Below, piece by piece: positions 21,332-34,532 of a stretch of DNA of 64,000 nucleotides. Both the position numbers and the translations under genes were made by a program. Source of the stretch: Cyanophora paradoxa CCMP329 (taxonomy: Eukaryota; Plantae; Glaucophyta); NCBI GenBank assembly GCA_004431415.1, contig QPMI01000062.1, forward strand, positions 186,001 through 250,000. The letters are read 5' to 3'. The notes beneath the pieces were generated by a model. The model searched no databases. It was given only the letters and a program-made list of their open reading frames with translations, and was not told the origin of the DNA. The stretch's first letter is position 1, and each line of letters begins with the position of its first letter.

Positions 21332-23328
21332 ATGCGCACGCTCGCGGACCTACCGACGCCGGCGTTCCTCGTCGACCGGGCGCGCGTCGAGGCGAACACG
21401 AGGCGCATGCAGGAGCGCGCCGAGCGGCTGGGCGTCGGCTTGCGGCCGCACGTGAAAACGCACAAGGTGCCGCCGTGCCGGACCGCGCGCTTCGCGGCGC
21501 ATGCGAGCGCGGCCGATGTGACGCACATGTACACTCAGACGCTGGAGGCCGGTCGCCTGCAATTGTCGCAGCAGGAGCACAAGCGCATCATCGTCAGCAC
21601 GCTGGCCGAGGCTGAAATGTTCGCCGCCGCCGGCTTCGACGACGTGAGCCGCGGCCGCGGCCGCAGTCCTGCAGCGCCGACGCGCGCGGGCGCTTGACGT
21701 TGCTTCCAGATCACGTACGCGATGCCGATCACAGAGGACAAGCTCGAGCGCTGCGCGGCGCTCGCCGAGAAGATCCGCGCGAACCTCTTCCTCGACTCGA
21801 TGTGCGCCCCGGGCCCTAGGCCTCCAGCGCGCGCCGGGGGCCGCCGGGGGCGCTGACCCTCCTCGAGGGAGGCGCTGCGGGACGTGGAGGCGTTCGCGGC
21901 GGGGCGCTCCCCCACAGTGACCTTCCACGCCTTCATCAAGGCCCGCCCCGCCCCGCCCCCGGGCTCGAGGTCCCGCCCGTTCGAATTTGACGCCGGGGGG
22001 CAGGTGGACACGGGGTACAGGCGGGCCGGCGTGGAGTACAGGTCGGCCCTCCTGATCGAGCTCGCCAAGGCGCGCTGCCCGCTTCCTTGCCGTGGCCCGC
22101 CCCGGCGCGCCCCTCCGCGTGAAGCCGGGGGCAGGCGGTGGCGGCGTCGAAGGCGGTGAGGCTGACGGGCATCTACTCGCACGCCGGGCACAGCTACGCC
22201 GCCGAGTCCGCCCCCGCCGCCCACGCCGCCGCCCGCGGTGCCGCCCCGCCCCCGCCCCCGCCCCCGGCCCCGGCCCCCGCCGACGCTCCCTCCCGGCAGA
22301 GGAGGCGGAGCGGATGGTGGAGGCGTGCGGGCGGCTGCGGGAGGCCGGGGTGGAGGTCCCCGTCGTCTCCGTGGGGAGCACGCCCTCCGCGAGCTGCTGC
22401 GAGGAGTACCCCCGCCCGCCCCCGGGCACCACCCTCGAGATCCACCCGGGCGCCTACGTCTTCTACGACCGCCAGCAGGTCCCGCCCCGGCCCCCGCCCC
22501 CCGCCGCCCCCCGCCTCTCCAACGCCGGAGGACGCCCGCAGGAGCACATCGGGGCGTGCACCATCGACGACGTCGCGTGCAGCGTCCTCGGTGCCCCGCC
22601 CCCGCTCCTCCTCCCGCACTGCCCCGACGCCCGCCCGCGCCGCCAGCGCGCGTCGTGGGGGTGTACCCCCACAGCAACCAGCTCCTCATCGGTGGGCGCC
22701 CCCCGCCTCCCTCCCAGCCGGCCCCTGGGTCCGACGGACGCCGCGCACACAGACGCGGGGGCGCTGGCGCTGTCGAAGGACGGGGCGCGGCAGGGCTGCT
22801 TCGGCGCCGTCGCCGGCCACCCCGAGCTCCGCCTCACCCGCGTCACCCAGGAGGTCGGGTGCGCCCGTATACGTACCCCCCGATCCCCTTCCCCCCCCCC
22901 TCTCTGACGATCCGCTATCCTTCGAAAGCGTGATCGAGTGCGGGCCCGCCGGTGCGCGCCCCGACTCGACCTGCTCTCCGTGCCCTCGCGTGACGGCGCG
23001 GGCGGGCAGGGCACGGCGAGGAGGGGCCGGCAGCCAAGCGGCCGCGCGTCGACCTCTCGCAGTGCGCCCCCCGCCTAGCCCAGCCTCTGTTCACTGGACC
23101 CGTCGGGCCGAGCGGGGGGTGGGGCGGGGCAGGTTCAAGCGGGGGATGCTCCTGCGCATCCTCCCCAACCACTGCTGCCTCGCCGCCGCCGTCCGCCGCC
23201 GCCGCCCCGCCCCGCCCCGGCCCTGCCCGGCCCCGCCCGTGCCGACGAACGCGCAGTGCTTCGACAAGTATTTCGTGGTGGAGGGCGACAAGGTGGTGGA
23301 CGAGTGGCGGCCCTGCAAGTTCTGGTAG
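21332..23328 (+). CDS. DSD1: D-serine dehydratase / D-threonine aldolase family enzyme (PLP fold III, Zn-dependent)
   Basis: LPTPAFLVD, LRPHVKTHK (PLP Lys), STLAEAE, VDTGYRRAG, YSHAGHSY, SVGSTPS, EIHPGAYVFYD, DAGALALSKD, ILPNHCC, WRPCKFW-TAG. Confidence 0.9.
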
Positions 23329-23354
23329 CTGCCGGCGGCGCCCCCCGCGGCCGG

Positions 23355-24210
23355 CTAGTCCGCCTCCATGTCGTGCCCGAAGAGGGACCAGTCGAGGACC
23401 TCGAGGGAGGCGAGGGCCGCCCGCGCCGCCGCCTCCGCCGCCTCCGCCCCGGGCTCCCCCGCCGCCGCCGCCGCCCCGGGCCACGCCCGCTTCGTGCCCC
23501 CGTTGAACGTCACCAGGATCTCCGAGTCCACCTGGCTCGCCTTGAGAGGGCCCGAGCGAGGGGGCGGGCGGGCAGGCGGGCGGGCGGGCCTGGGGGAGGC
23601 GGAGGACCGCGACGGCGACGTGGACGAGCGTCAGGTCGCGGTTCGAGCGGTGCTTGCTGAGGCCCATCGCCCCCACCGCCAGCGACGCCGACAGCGGCGC
23701 CCTGCACCGCGGCCGCGCGCGCTCAGCGGGGGGAGCGCAAGCTAGCGCTGGCCGGGCGCGCGCACGAGACGAGCGGGACGTCGCTGGCCGCGAGCTGCCG
23801 CGTCTGCAGCAGGGCGGCGCCCTCGCCGAGGGCCGCGCCCTGCACGGAGGCGATCTCCCCGAAGTGGAAGCGCGCCATGTCCGACTCGGGCACGTCCGCC
23901 GACAGCTCCACGATCTCAATAATCACGCTCTCGTCCCCGCTCGGGTCCAGGAAGACTTCCTGCGCGCGGGCGCGCGTGAGGGGCCCGGCGCGGCTGGGAG
24001 GCGCAAGCTGCCGAGGCCGGGCGCAGCGCTCGCGCACCTGGTTGTCTGCGCGCGGGATGTCAATCGGACGGGTGCGTGGGCGGCGCGGAGCGTCTGCAGG
24101 CGCTTCCGCGCACCGGGGACCTCGCGCATGTCGGACGCGTCGACGTACTCCGCCGGCACCGTGCACCGCATCGCGCCGCCGAACAGCTCCACCTGCCGCC
24201 TCGGCTGCAT
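23355..24210 (-). CDS. MOG1: Ran guanine-nucleotide release factor Mog1
   Basis: LFGGA...DASDMREVPDNQEVF...DESVIIEIVE...ARFHFGEIA...LRLPQVDSEILVTFN...SLEVLDWSLFG. Confidence 0.9.
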
Positions 24211-24494
24211 CTGCTCTAACGCGCGCGGGTGCTCTGCTCCTGCGCAACTGCCGCCGCTGAACGTTTCTTCTCTCTGGGCGCTCGAGCTCGCCACTGCCGC
24301 CTCTGGCTCTGCGGTGGACTAGATCGCTTGCTCGCGGTGCGCTGTTGCCGCTGCTGATTCCAAATAGCGATGCGCCGACGATGTGCTTCGTCGCGGCACA
24401 CCAGTGCCCCTTACCCCCCTCCCAAGCTCGCCCCCCCTACCCCCCAAGGCGCAGCCTGGCAGCAGAGGCGCGCGGGGCGCTTGAGAGAGGGCGG

Positions 24495-26694
24495 CTATAC
24501 GACGGTGGCGGAGCGCTCGGCGATGGCGAGGACCTCGGCGCGGGCCCAGGCGTCGAGCTCGAGGATGTCCTCCAGCTTCGGCTGCGCCACGAACGAGTCC
24601 CGGTGCTTCTCGCACGTCTTCTGGATCACCTGCGCCGGTGTCAGAGGGCGCGGGCGGGCGGTGCCGTCCGGCGCGCTCGCCTTGGGGATGTCGAGGTAGG
24701 AGATCTTCTCCTCGAGGAAGCTAGCCACCGCCTGCTCCTGCGGGGGCGTCGGCGGGGCCCCGGGGAGGGCCGGGGCGGGGCGGGGCGGGGCGGGCGGACG
24801 TTGGCGGCGTTGAGGACGGAGGTCATGGAGCCGCCGGTGCGGCCGGCCTCGTAGGCGAGAGGTATGCAGGGGTACTTGTCGTAGTCGGGCGCGCGGAAGG
24901 TGAGCGAGCCGCACTTGACGAGGTCGAGGCGGTCCCAGCTCGTCTGGATGCGCTCCGGCCACGAGAGCGTGTACAGGATCGGCAGCCGCATGTCCGGCCA
25001 CCCTGCCCGCACCCCGTGAGGCCGGGCGGGGCCGGGGAGGCAGACGCCCCACGGGCACCGCGGGGCGCGGGGGGCGCACCGAGCTGGGCCATGACGGAGG
25101 TGTCCTTCATCTCGACCATGGAGTGGATGATGCTCTGCGGGTGCACGACGACCTCGATGTCGTCGTAGCCCAGCCCGTACAGGTAGTGCGCCTCGATCAC
25201 CTGCGCGCCGGGGCCGGCCAGGGTCATGCGGGGCGGGCGGGCGGCGGGCGCTGGCATCTATCGGGCGCCGCGCAGGCGTGCGGGCGCGCCTCGAGACCCT
25301 TGTTCATCATGGTGGCGGAGTCGACGGTGATCTTGGCGCCCATGGCCCAGTTCGGGTGCTTCAGCGCGTCCGCCGGCTTCACCTCCGCCAGCTTCTCCAC
25401 CGGCCAGTCCCTGCCCCCACGGGCTCAGCGGCGCGAGGGCGCCCGGGCCCCCGGGGCACGCGCACCGGAAGGCGCCGCCCGAGGCCGTCAGGATGATCTT
25501 GCTGATGCCGTCCTTCGGGGCGCCCTGCGCTCCCGAGCCTCGGCCGGGGCCGGCGGCGGGGCGGGGCGGGGCGGGGCGGGCGGGGCGGGCGGGGTAGGGC
25601 GGCGGGGCGGGCCTGGATGCACTGGAAGAGGGCGGAGTGCTCGGAGTCGGCGGGGAGGATGGTGCGGCCGTGCTTGGCGAGCAGGGGGACGACGACGGGG
25701 CCGGCGGCGATGAGGGTCTCCTTGTTCGCCAGGCAGATGTCCTTCCCCGCCTCGATCGCCGCGATCGTCGGCAGCAGCCCGGCGCACCCGACGATGCCCG
25801 TCACCACCGACACCGCGTCCCCGTACGCCGCCACCTGCCCCGGCCCCCTCGGCCCCCGGGGCGCGCAGGGGCTGGGCGGGGCGGGGCGGGCGGACGTCGG
25901 CGACGCCCTTCATGCCGGCGGCGACGAGCTTGGGGCGGGCATCGGCGGGAAGCGCCTCGATGGCCTCCTTCAGCTTGCCGAGGAGCTCCTCCTTGGCGAT
26001 GGCGACCGCCTGCGGCTTGAACTCGCGGATCTGCTCCATCAGCATGTCCACGTTCGTGCCCGTCGCCAGGCCCACCACGCGGAACCTCCGCCGGCGTCAA
26101 CGTCCGCCGGCAGGCGCGGGGCGGGCGGCGCGGGGCACGCGGCGCACTTGTCGGGGTGCTCCCGCACGATGTCGAGCGTCTGGGTGCCGATCGAGCCCGA
26201 CGAGCCCAGCAGCGTGATCGGCTTCGGGCCCTTCTGCCCGCCTGCAGCCCGCATCAGCGCGGGCGCAGGTCGCCGATCGGAGGGCGGGCGCCGCGCACCC
26301 TTCCCCTGGTTCGGCAGCGACGAGTCCGGAACGACGGCGTAGTCGTTGCGGATCACGAACGGCTGGGCGGCCGCCGCGCGCTTAGCACGGAACTGGCGGC
26401 GCGACGAAGACGGCTGCTGCTCGACCGAGAAGCCCGCCCACTGGTGCTCGGCGTCCGCGGCCAGGAAATCGCTCCGCAGGGAGCGCGCCCGGGCAGGGCA
26501 AGCGCGGGACGGAGCCGTCTGGGCGAACGACCCGGCCCTCGACTTCGGCGCGACGGCTGCAGGGGGTCAGGCGGGGTTAGCTGGCGGGCGCGTGCATGGC
26601 TAGCGAGGCGATCGGGGGCGAGCTAAACAGGGCCATGCCGCTTCCCAGCACGCGTAAATGGGCCCGTCGCACCGGTGGAGACAGCGAACGCCAT
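24495..26694 (-). CDS. DXR: 1-deoxy-D-xylulose 5-phosphate reductoisomerase, plastid precursor (10 introns)
   Basis: [87 protein letters not shown]. Exon 1 encodes MAFAVST and splices in frame. Confidence 0.97.
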
Positions 26695-27158
26695 GTTTTT
26701 GATGAACTGATTCCAGACGGGTACGCGGACAGAGTCGCGCTGCGATGTACACGCCGAGCGGCCCTAGCGGGCCTCCCAGCACGATTGGGAGCAGCGGAGG
26801 CAAGTCCATCGCCGCGCCAGTCGTCGATTCGTTCCACTGGGGCGGTCCGCCCGCATCACAGTTCGGGGCCAAGTGAGCGTCCCGTAGCTTCGCGAACCCA
26901 GCCCGCCGTCCCGTGCTAATGCCGTGCGGTTCCATCACAGATACAGGAAACCTCTGGTGCACGCGCCGCTCGACACGTTGTCCGGTTTGCCGCTGACCTT
27001 CTTTGCCCCTGACAGGCCGTAGCATTGCTCCTCTTCCTTCCCCGTGCGTTACAGAAAGTACTATGTGTGTTCCAGCATCTTATTTGACCGATTCCGCTCG
27101 CGCAGTTCACAGCGTTTTGTCAGCGGTCGTAGGAGTATACGCAGGGCGGACGGGCGGC

Positions 27159-28470
27159 ATGGGTCAGCGGCGACGCCTGCCGTGCAAAGTATCCCTAGCT
27201 AAGCTTCGCACATCGAATCGCAGGCTATGCCGTCGTCGTGTCGTTCGCTGTCATCCTCCTCGCCATCGTCGCTTTCATCGGCCTCTCAGAGACGATGCGG
27301 CCATCCGGTGAGTCGCGACCGACGCGCCCTCGCCTTAGCATCAAGATAGGCACACGGCAACCGCCGCCGCCGCCCCGAAGAAAGCTAGCTTTGCGCGTGG
27401 GCTTCGGACGGAACCTTGCCCGCGCTTCCCCTCCAGACTGCCGCTCGCCGACGCGCCCGCGCGCAGTGAAGTACATGCTGCTGGTAAGCACGCAGCTCTT
27501 CATCGCGCTGGTAGTCTCCACGATGCTCGCCTACGCCGCGAACGTGCGTGAGAGCCGGCGCCCGCCACGTGTTCCGCGAACGTGGCGCTGACGCCTGCCG
27601 GCCGCAGGGCTACTTCTTCTACCGTGAGCAGCGCGCGCGCGGCGCAGCGAGCGCGCTGTGACGCCGGCGGGGCGCAGACTCGGACGTGGTGGCGGGCCCG
27701 ATCGAGGTCGACGACGCGCACGAGGCGGCCTCCAACGGGGCCAAGGTCTTCCCCACCTTCACCGACGGCGGTGCGCCCGCACGCCCGCGCCCCCGCGCCC
27801 CCGCGCGGCGGCCGAGCGGGCGGGGGCGGGCGGGGCAGTGTACGGGATGCAGCGGTTCTCCCCAAGCGACTGCGCGCTGCTGACGGAGGACGTGCGCTCG
27901 AACAACATCATCGTGGGCACCAAGTCCACGTACTACTGCGCCGCGCCCATCGTCGAGGAGGCGCGCCCCGCCCGCCCCACGCCGCACGCGGCCCGCCGCG
28001 GCCCGCCCCAGCCGGGCTGACGCGCAGGGCGCAGCTGGCGGAGTTCGGGAAGGATAAGAAGGTGCACCTGTGGTTCGCGAAGAGCGCGGACTCGGCGGAC
28101 CAGCTGGACACGCTCTTCTCGCTGGCGCCGTTCCCGCGGAGGGGCGTCCTCTGCAAGCCGGAGCAGATCCACAGGTACCGCATCGCCGCGGACACGCTGA
28201 CGACCAAGCTCGGCCTCGACGTCATGCCCGACCTCCCCATCCTCTGCGACAAGGACCCCTTCGAGAAGCAGTGGATGTACGTCGCCCTCGGCATCGCCTG
28301 CATCGTCGTGGGCGTCATCGCCGAGATCGTGCGCCCCGCCCGCCGCCCCCGCGCCCCGCCCCGCCTCACCCGCCCCGCGCGCCCCGGCGCAGGCGATGGT
28401 GGTCGGGCTCTACTACATCCCCCCGGAGTCCAAGCACCCCAAGGACGACTGGTTCATCTCCCTCGTATGA
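27159..28470 (+). CDS. Unknown membrane protein (2 N-terminal TMs, Cys-containing loop, 1 C-terminal TM)
   Basis: All exons splice in frame: MGYAVVVSFAVILLAIVAFIGL...YYCAAPI...WMYVALGIACIVVGVIAEIAMVVGLYY...WFISLV-TGA. Includes a 16-nt exon at 27608-27623. Confidence 0.75.
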
Positions 28471-28605
28471 GAGGCTAGCCGGCAGGGCTAGGCTGTAGGA
28501 CTGTAGATAGTAGCAGATACGTGTACCCGTAGACCGTTCTTTCTTTCAACGTGCGTGCAAAACCATGCTTGCAGCAGCTCCAAGACGCGTGTGGTTCGAT
28601 CGCGA

Positions 28606-30279
28606 TCACTTCTGGGCTCGGGGACGGGGGGCGGGTCGGGCGCTCGGGCTGGGGCTGGGGCGGGGCGGGGCGGCCTCGGTGGAGGCTCGGAGGGCGTCGG
28701 CCTCGGCGGGGGAGAGCTCGCGGTGCTCCCCGGGGGCGAGGCGCCCCAGCTCCAGGCCCGCGATCCGCACCCGCACCAGGCTCAGCACCCTCCGGCCCAC
28801 CGCCTGCGCCGCACCCCGTGATCAGGTCAGGAGGGATGGCGGGCGCAGCGGCTCGGGCGGCGCACGTCCACCATGCGCCGGATCTGCCGCTTCTTCCCTG
28901 GCGATGTACATAAGGGTCAGGGCTCGCGAGCGAACGCGGGCGGGGCGGGGCGGGGCGTCTTGCCCTCGCGGAGGACGAAGCGGAGCCAGGCGGCGCCCCG
29001 CTGGCTCGCCCGCCGCCCGTTCGGGCCCGACGCCGCCACCTCCACGGAGCAGGGCAGGCTCGTGACCACCTTCCCTGCGGCGCCGGCGGCCGTGGGCGGC
29101 GAGCCGGAGGGGCGGGGCGGGCTCGCCCCGTCGGGCGCGCACCGGCGTCCTCGTCGATCCAGGAGACGCCCTCGCGGAGGGAGCGGAGCTCGTCGGGGGC
29201 GAGGCGCGCGTCGACCTCGACCAAGTACTCCTTCTCGTGCTCGAAGCGCGGGTGCGTGAGCACGTTCACCAGCGCGTAGTCGCTCGTCAGCAGCATCAGG
29301 CCCTCCGACTCCGCGTCCAGGCGCCCCACGGGCACCAGCCGCCGCTCCCGCGCCCCGGGCACCGCCTCCAGCACCGTCGGCCGGCCCCTGTCGTCCTGCA
29401 CCGTGCTCACGTGCCCTGCGGCGCGCGCGTGAGGCGCCGCCGGCGCCGCGCGCTCGAGGGGGCGGCACCGCGCGGCTTGTAGACGAGCACGTAGGAGGCC
29501 GCCGGCGCCTCCTCGCCGACGCGGATCTCGCGACCGTCCACGACGACGCTGTCCCCCGCGCCGACCTTCGTCCCCAGCTCCGTCACGCGCTCGCCGTTCA
29601 CCCGCACGCGCCCGTCCGCGATGAGCTGCTCCGCCGCCCGCCGGCTCGCCAGCCCCGCCCGCGCAATCACCTTCTGCAGCCGCTCGAGCTCCTGCGGGGG
29701 GATGCCCGCTCGCAGCTGCGGCCGCCGCTGCTGGCCTCCCGCCTCCTCCACGCCGGCCCGCGCGTGCCTGACGTCCTTCGCGATGCTTTCCACCAGATCG
29801 CCGAGGGCCCGCGTGCTGTCCTTCGCCGGGTCGCTCGGTCTCCGCGGCTTCGGCCGCCGGCTAAGGAACTGCCTCTCGCTCTCCGCGTTCTCGTCCGCTT
29901 CCACCTGCCTCCTCCTCGCCGGCCTCGGAGGGCGGCCCGCGCTGCGGCTGCGGACGGGAGCACCCCTGGACGGCTTCGCCGGTGGCGCGCTCCCATCGTC
30001 CGACGCTCTCGCTGGCGAGGCGAGGCCGCGCAAGCTGCTCGCCGGCCGCCCCAGAGCGCCGCTCGCCGCCGAGGCCGGGAGCTCGCCGGCGAGGAAGGCG
30101 CTCCGCAGACCGCGCGCCCTGCCGGCCTCCAGGGGCGCGGATGCGCTCCTGGCTCTCGATCCACCGGCCGCCGCGCGGACGCAGACCGCCGCGCTGGCGC
30201 TCGGCGGTCCTGCTGCAGGCCGCGGGCCGAGCAGGCACCACCGGATAGCTGCCGCGAATGCGGCTGGTCGCAGTAGCAT
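28606..30279 (-). CDS. RsuA/RluB-family rRNA pseudouridine synthase, organelle-targeted
   Basis: S4 domain ERLQKVIARAGLASRRAAEQLI, YKPRG, catalytic VGRLDAESEGL, HPRFEHEKEY, EGKKRQIRRM; long N-terminal presequence. Confidence 0.92.
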
Positions 30280-30419
30280 CGATAATGCAATCGCGGCAGT
30301 GCGACGAAGTCTGCGAGGGATGGTGGGCTTCGACCGTTCGCGCCTGTACCCCAGACGCGCGGCGCTTTTGCAGCGCGCAGGCGCGAACCAGCTGAGCTAT
30401 AGCGCTCGGCTTTGCAGAG

Positions 30420-32477
<2,058 letters not shown>

Positions 32478-32908
32478 GGCGCCCGCCCCCGCCGGCGCCC
32501 GCCCCGGCGCCCGGCACCCTAGGTAGGCTCTCTTGAACATAAATTTATTCTCGAATGACCTGCTCCCGGAACGGAGCACCCGAATGTTGGCGATTTGAGC
32601 CTCGGGACTGCAGTTCCCCGGGGGCTCTACCCCCAGTCTCAGAGCCCACGGCCGCGCCGGCGCGCACGGCTTGCATATGCATGCGGAATGCCGGGCTAGC
32701 GCTTTACGCGCCGGGACACGAAGTAAATATTTAGAACCAGCTGCGCGAAGAATGCAAAGTGTGTGGTACTAATCGGCATTCCATTATCCTACTACTCTTA
32801 TCCTACTTCAGTGTACAGCGCAAGGGCAGGCGGGAGCGGGGTCTGAATGAGAACGATGGGGGTGAAGTGGAAGCGATGGGGAGCGGCTGAGGGGAAGAGG
32901 GGTTGATC

Positions 32909-33274
32909 TCACGGCTGAGCAGGGGCACTGTCGACAACACCGAGCTCCTCGCGCTGCGCTGCCCTCCGCTGTGCAGAAACTTGGAAGTCGGTGTACTGAT
33001 AGTACATGCCGAAGCCGATGGCGCCCACAGCGAGCGTGCCGACGGCGGCCGCCGCCTTCGGGTTCTGCTTCGCCATCGTGCCCGCTGCGCGCCGAGCGAA
33101 AACGATGCGTCAGCTTCAAGTGTTGCAAGCAAGCACGGCGAGAGCGGCGCCACGCCGCTCGGGGGCAGAGGCGCAGATGCGGCGCGTGCCAGGTGGGAGA
33201 AGCGGCGCACCAACAGGGAGCAGGCCGACGAACAGCGGGGAGAGTCGCGCAATCACCGCCCAGGGGCAGGACAT
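32909..33274 (-). CDS. Putative 79-aa membrane microprotein (2 exons)
   Basis: Removing intron GTGCGC...CTGAC...GCAG joins MSCPWAVIARLSPLFVGLLPV in frame to AGTMAKQNPKAAAAVGTLAVGAIGFGMYYQYTDFQ...PAQP-TGA. Confidence 0.6.
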
Positions 33275-33732
33275 CTTCGCCGCGCGGGTTGTGTTGTTCG
33301 GAGACGAGCTATGCAATTGAACAAACACGGCCTGTGACACGTCTACGGGTACACTTATATGCGGCACGACTTCGACGCTGTGAACAAAGGGCCGGGAGTC
33401 CTGGGGAACGGAGCCCCTCTATCCGGTCTACGCGCTAACCGGCGCCGCACAAGACTGTGGGCGGAAGAGGTTGGTGGTCAACCAACCGGGGGGAGAGCTA
33501 GCAAGCGCAGCTAATTCATCCTGCGATCTGCGCGCGAGAGCCACGCGTACGGAGCGTTAGCGATCCTGGGAGAGCCGTCGCATCTGAAGGCACCTCGCGA
33601 GCTCGAGGATGACAGCGCCCGAGGACGCAGCGCCGGCGCCACGCACCGGCGCCGCTGAGCTGCATGCGCAGCGCTAGCTGCTCTCGCCCAACGCAGAATG
33701 CCGAGCTCGCACTCCTTGCGCACGCTTTTAAA

Positions 33733-33869
33733 CGCGCTGAAACGCAACCGCCGCGCGCTGAAACGCAACCGCCGCGCGCTGAAACGCAACCGCCGCGCGC
33801 TGAAACGCAACCGCCGCGCGCTGAAACGCAACCGCCGCGCGCTGAAACGCAACCGCCGAACGCAACCGC
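33733..33869. repeat. Tandem repeat: 6 perfect copies of the 21-bp unit CGCGCTGAAACGCAACCGCCG plus a partial copy
   Basis: Read directly from the sequence; lies in the divergent intergenic region upstream of RPL35. Confidence 0.97.
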
Positions 33870-34019
33870 AGGCGATATGGATCGTCCCAACGCTACTGAG
33901 CGTGCTGCCCGGCCTACTTGGCGGCCTCCTGGACTTCCAGAAGACTAGAGAAAAACAATGACCGGGTACGGTCGAACTTGCAAGCGGGGGCGAGCTCAGA
34001 AGGGGTACAGGAAGAAACC

Positions 34020-34532
34020 ATGGGTGCGCCGGGCGGGCGCGCGCTGGAGCGCATCTGTGCCGTCGTATATGCGTGCGCTGACCTTGCCGATGTGCCCTAA
34101 CCGCAGGCAAGATCAAGGTTCACGAGCTCCGCGGCAAGGGCAAGGGCGAGCTGGTGAAGCAGCTGGACGACCTCAAGAACGAGCTCGTCAACCTGCGTGT
34201 GGCTAAGGTCACTGGCTCTGCGGCGTCCAAGCTCTCGAAGATGTGCGCCTCCCGATCGCGCCGCTTGTCGCGATGTTCTAACGCGGGCCCTGGCGAGCAG
34301 CAAGGTCGTCCGCAAGTCGATCGCGCGTGTCCTGACTGTCATCAGCCAGTCTCAGCGCGCCGAGCTCGAGAAGTTCTACAAGACCAAGAAGTACAAGCCG
34401 CTCGATCTCCGCGTGAAGAAGACCCGCGCCATCCGCCGCCGCCTCACCAAGAACGAGTCTTCTCTGGTCACTGAGCGCCAGCGCAAGAAGCAGATCCACT
34501 TCCCCCTGCGGAAGTACGCCGTCAAGGCGTAA
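34020..34532 (+). CDS. RPL35: 60S ribosomal protein L35 (uL29), 2 introns
   Basis: [12 protein letters not shown]...LRVAKVTG...[19 protein letters not shown]...[20 protein letters not shown]...[13 protein letters not shown]. Confidence 0.98.

Noticed and set aside
21332-23328. Recent bacterial HGT, or a plastid-peptidoglycan role, for the D-serine dehydratase
   Set aside because: The family is known in fungi and animals, the gene has many host-type introns, and no transit peptide is evident.
26577-26637. DXR start at MALFSSPP (26637)
   Set aside because: It does not splice in frame to the next exon with a plausible donor, whereas ATG 26694 (MAFAVST-G|GTGCGA) does.
33733-33869. CRISPR array, or a repeat-protein ORF (RRLRFSA / AETQPPR)
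   Set aside because: Units are contiguous with no unique spacers, there are no cas genes and the context is eukaryotic. The reading frames are open only because the unit is 21 bp.
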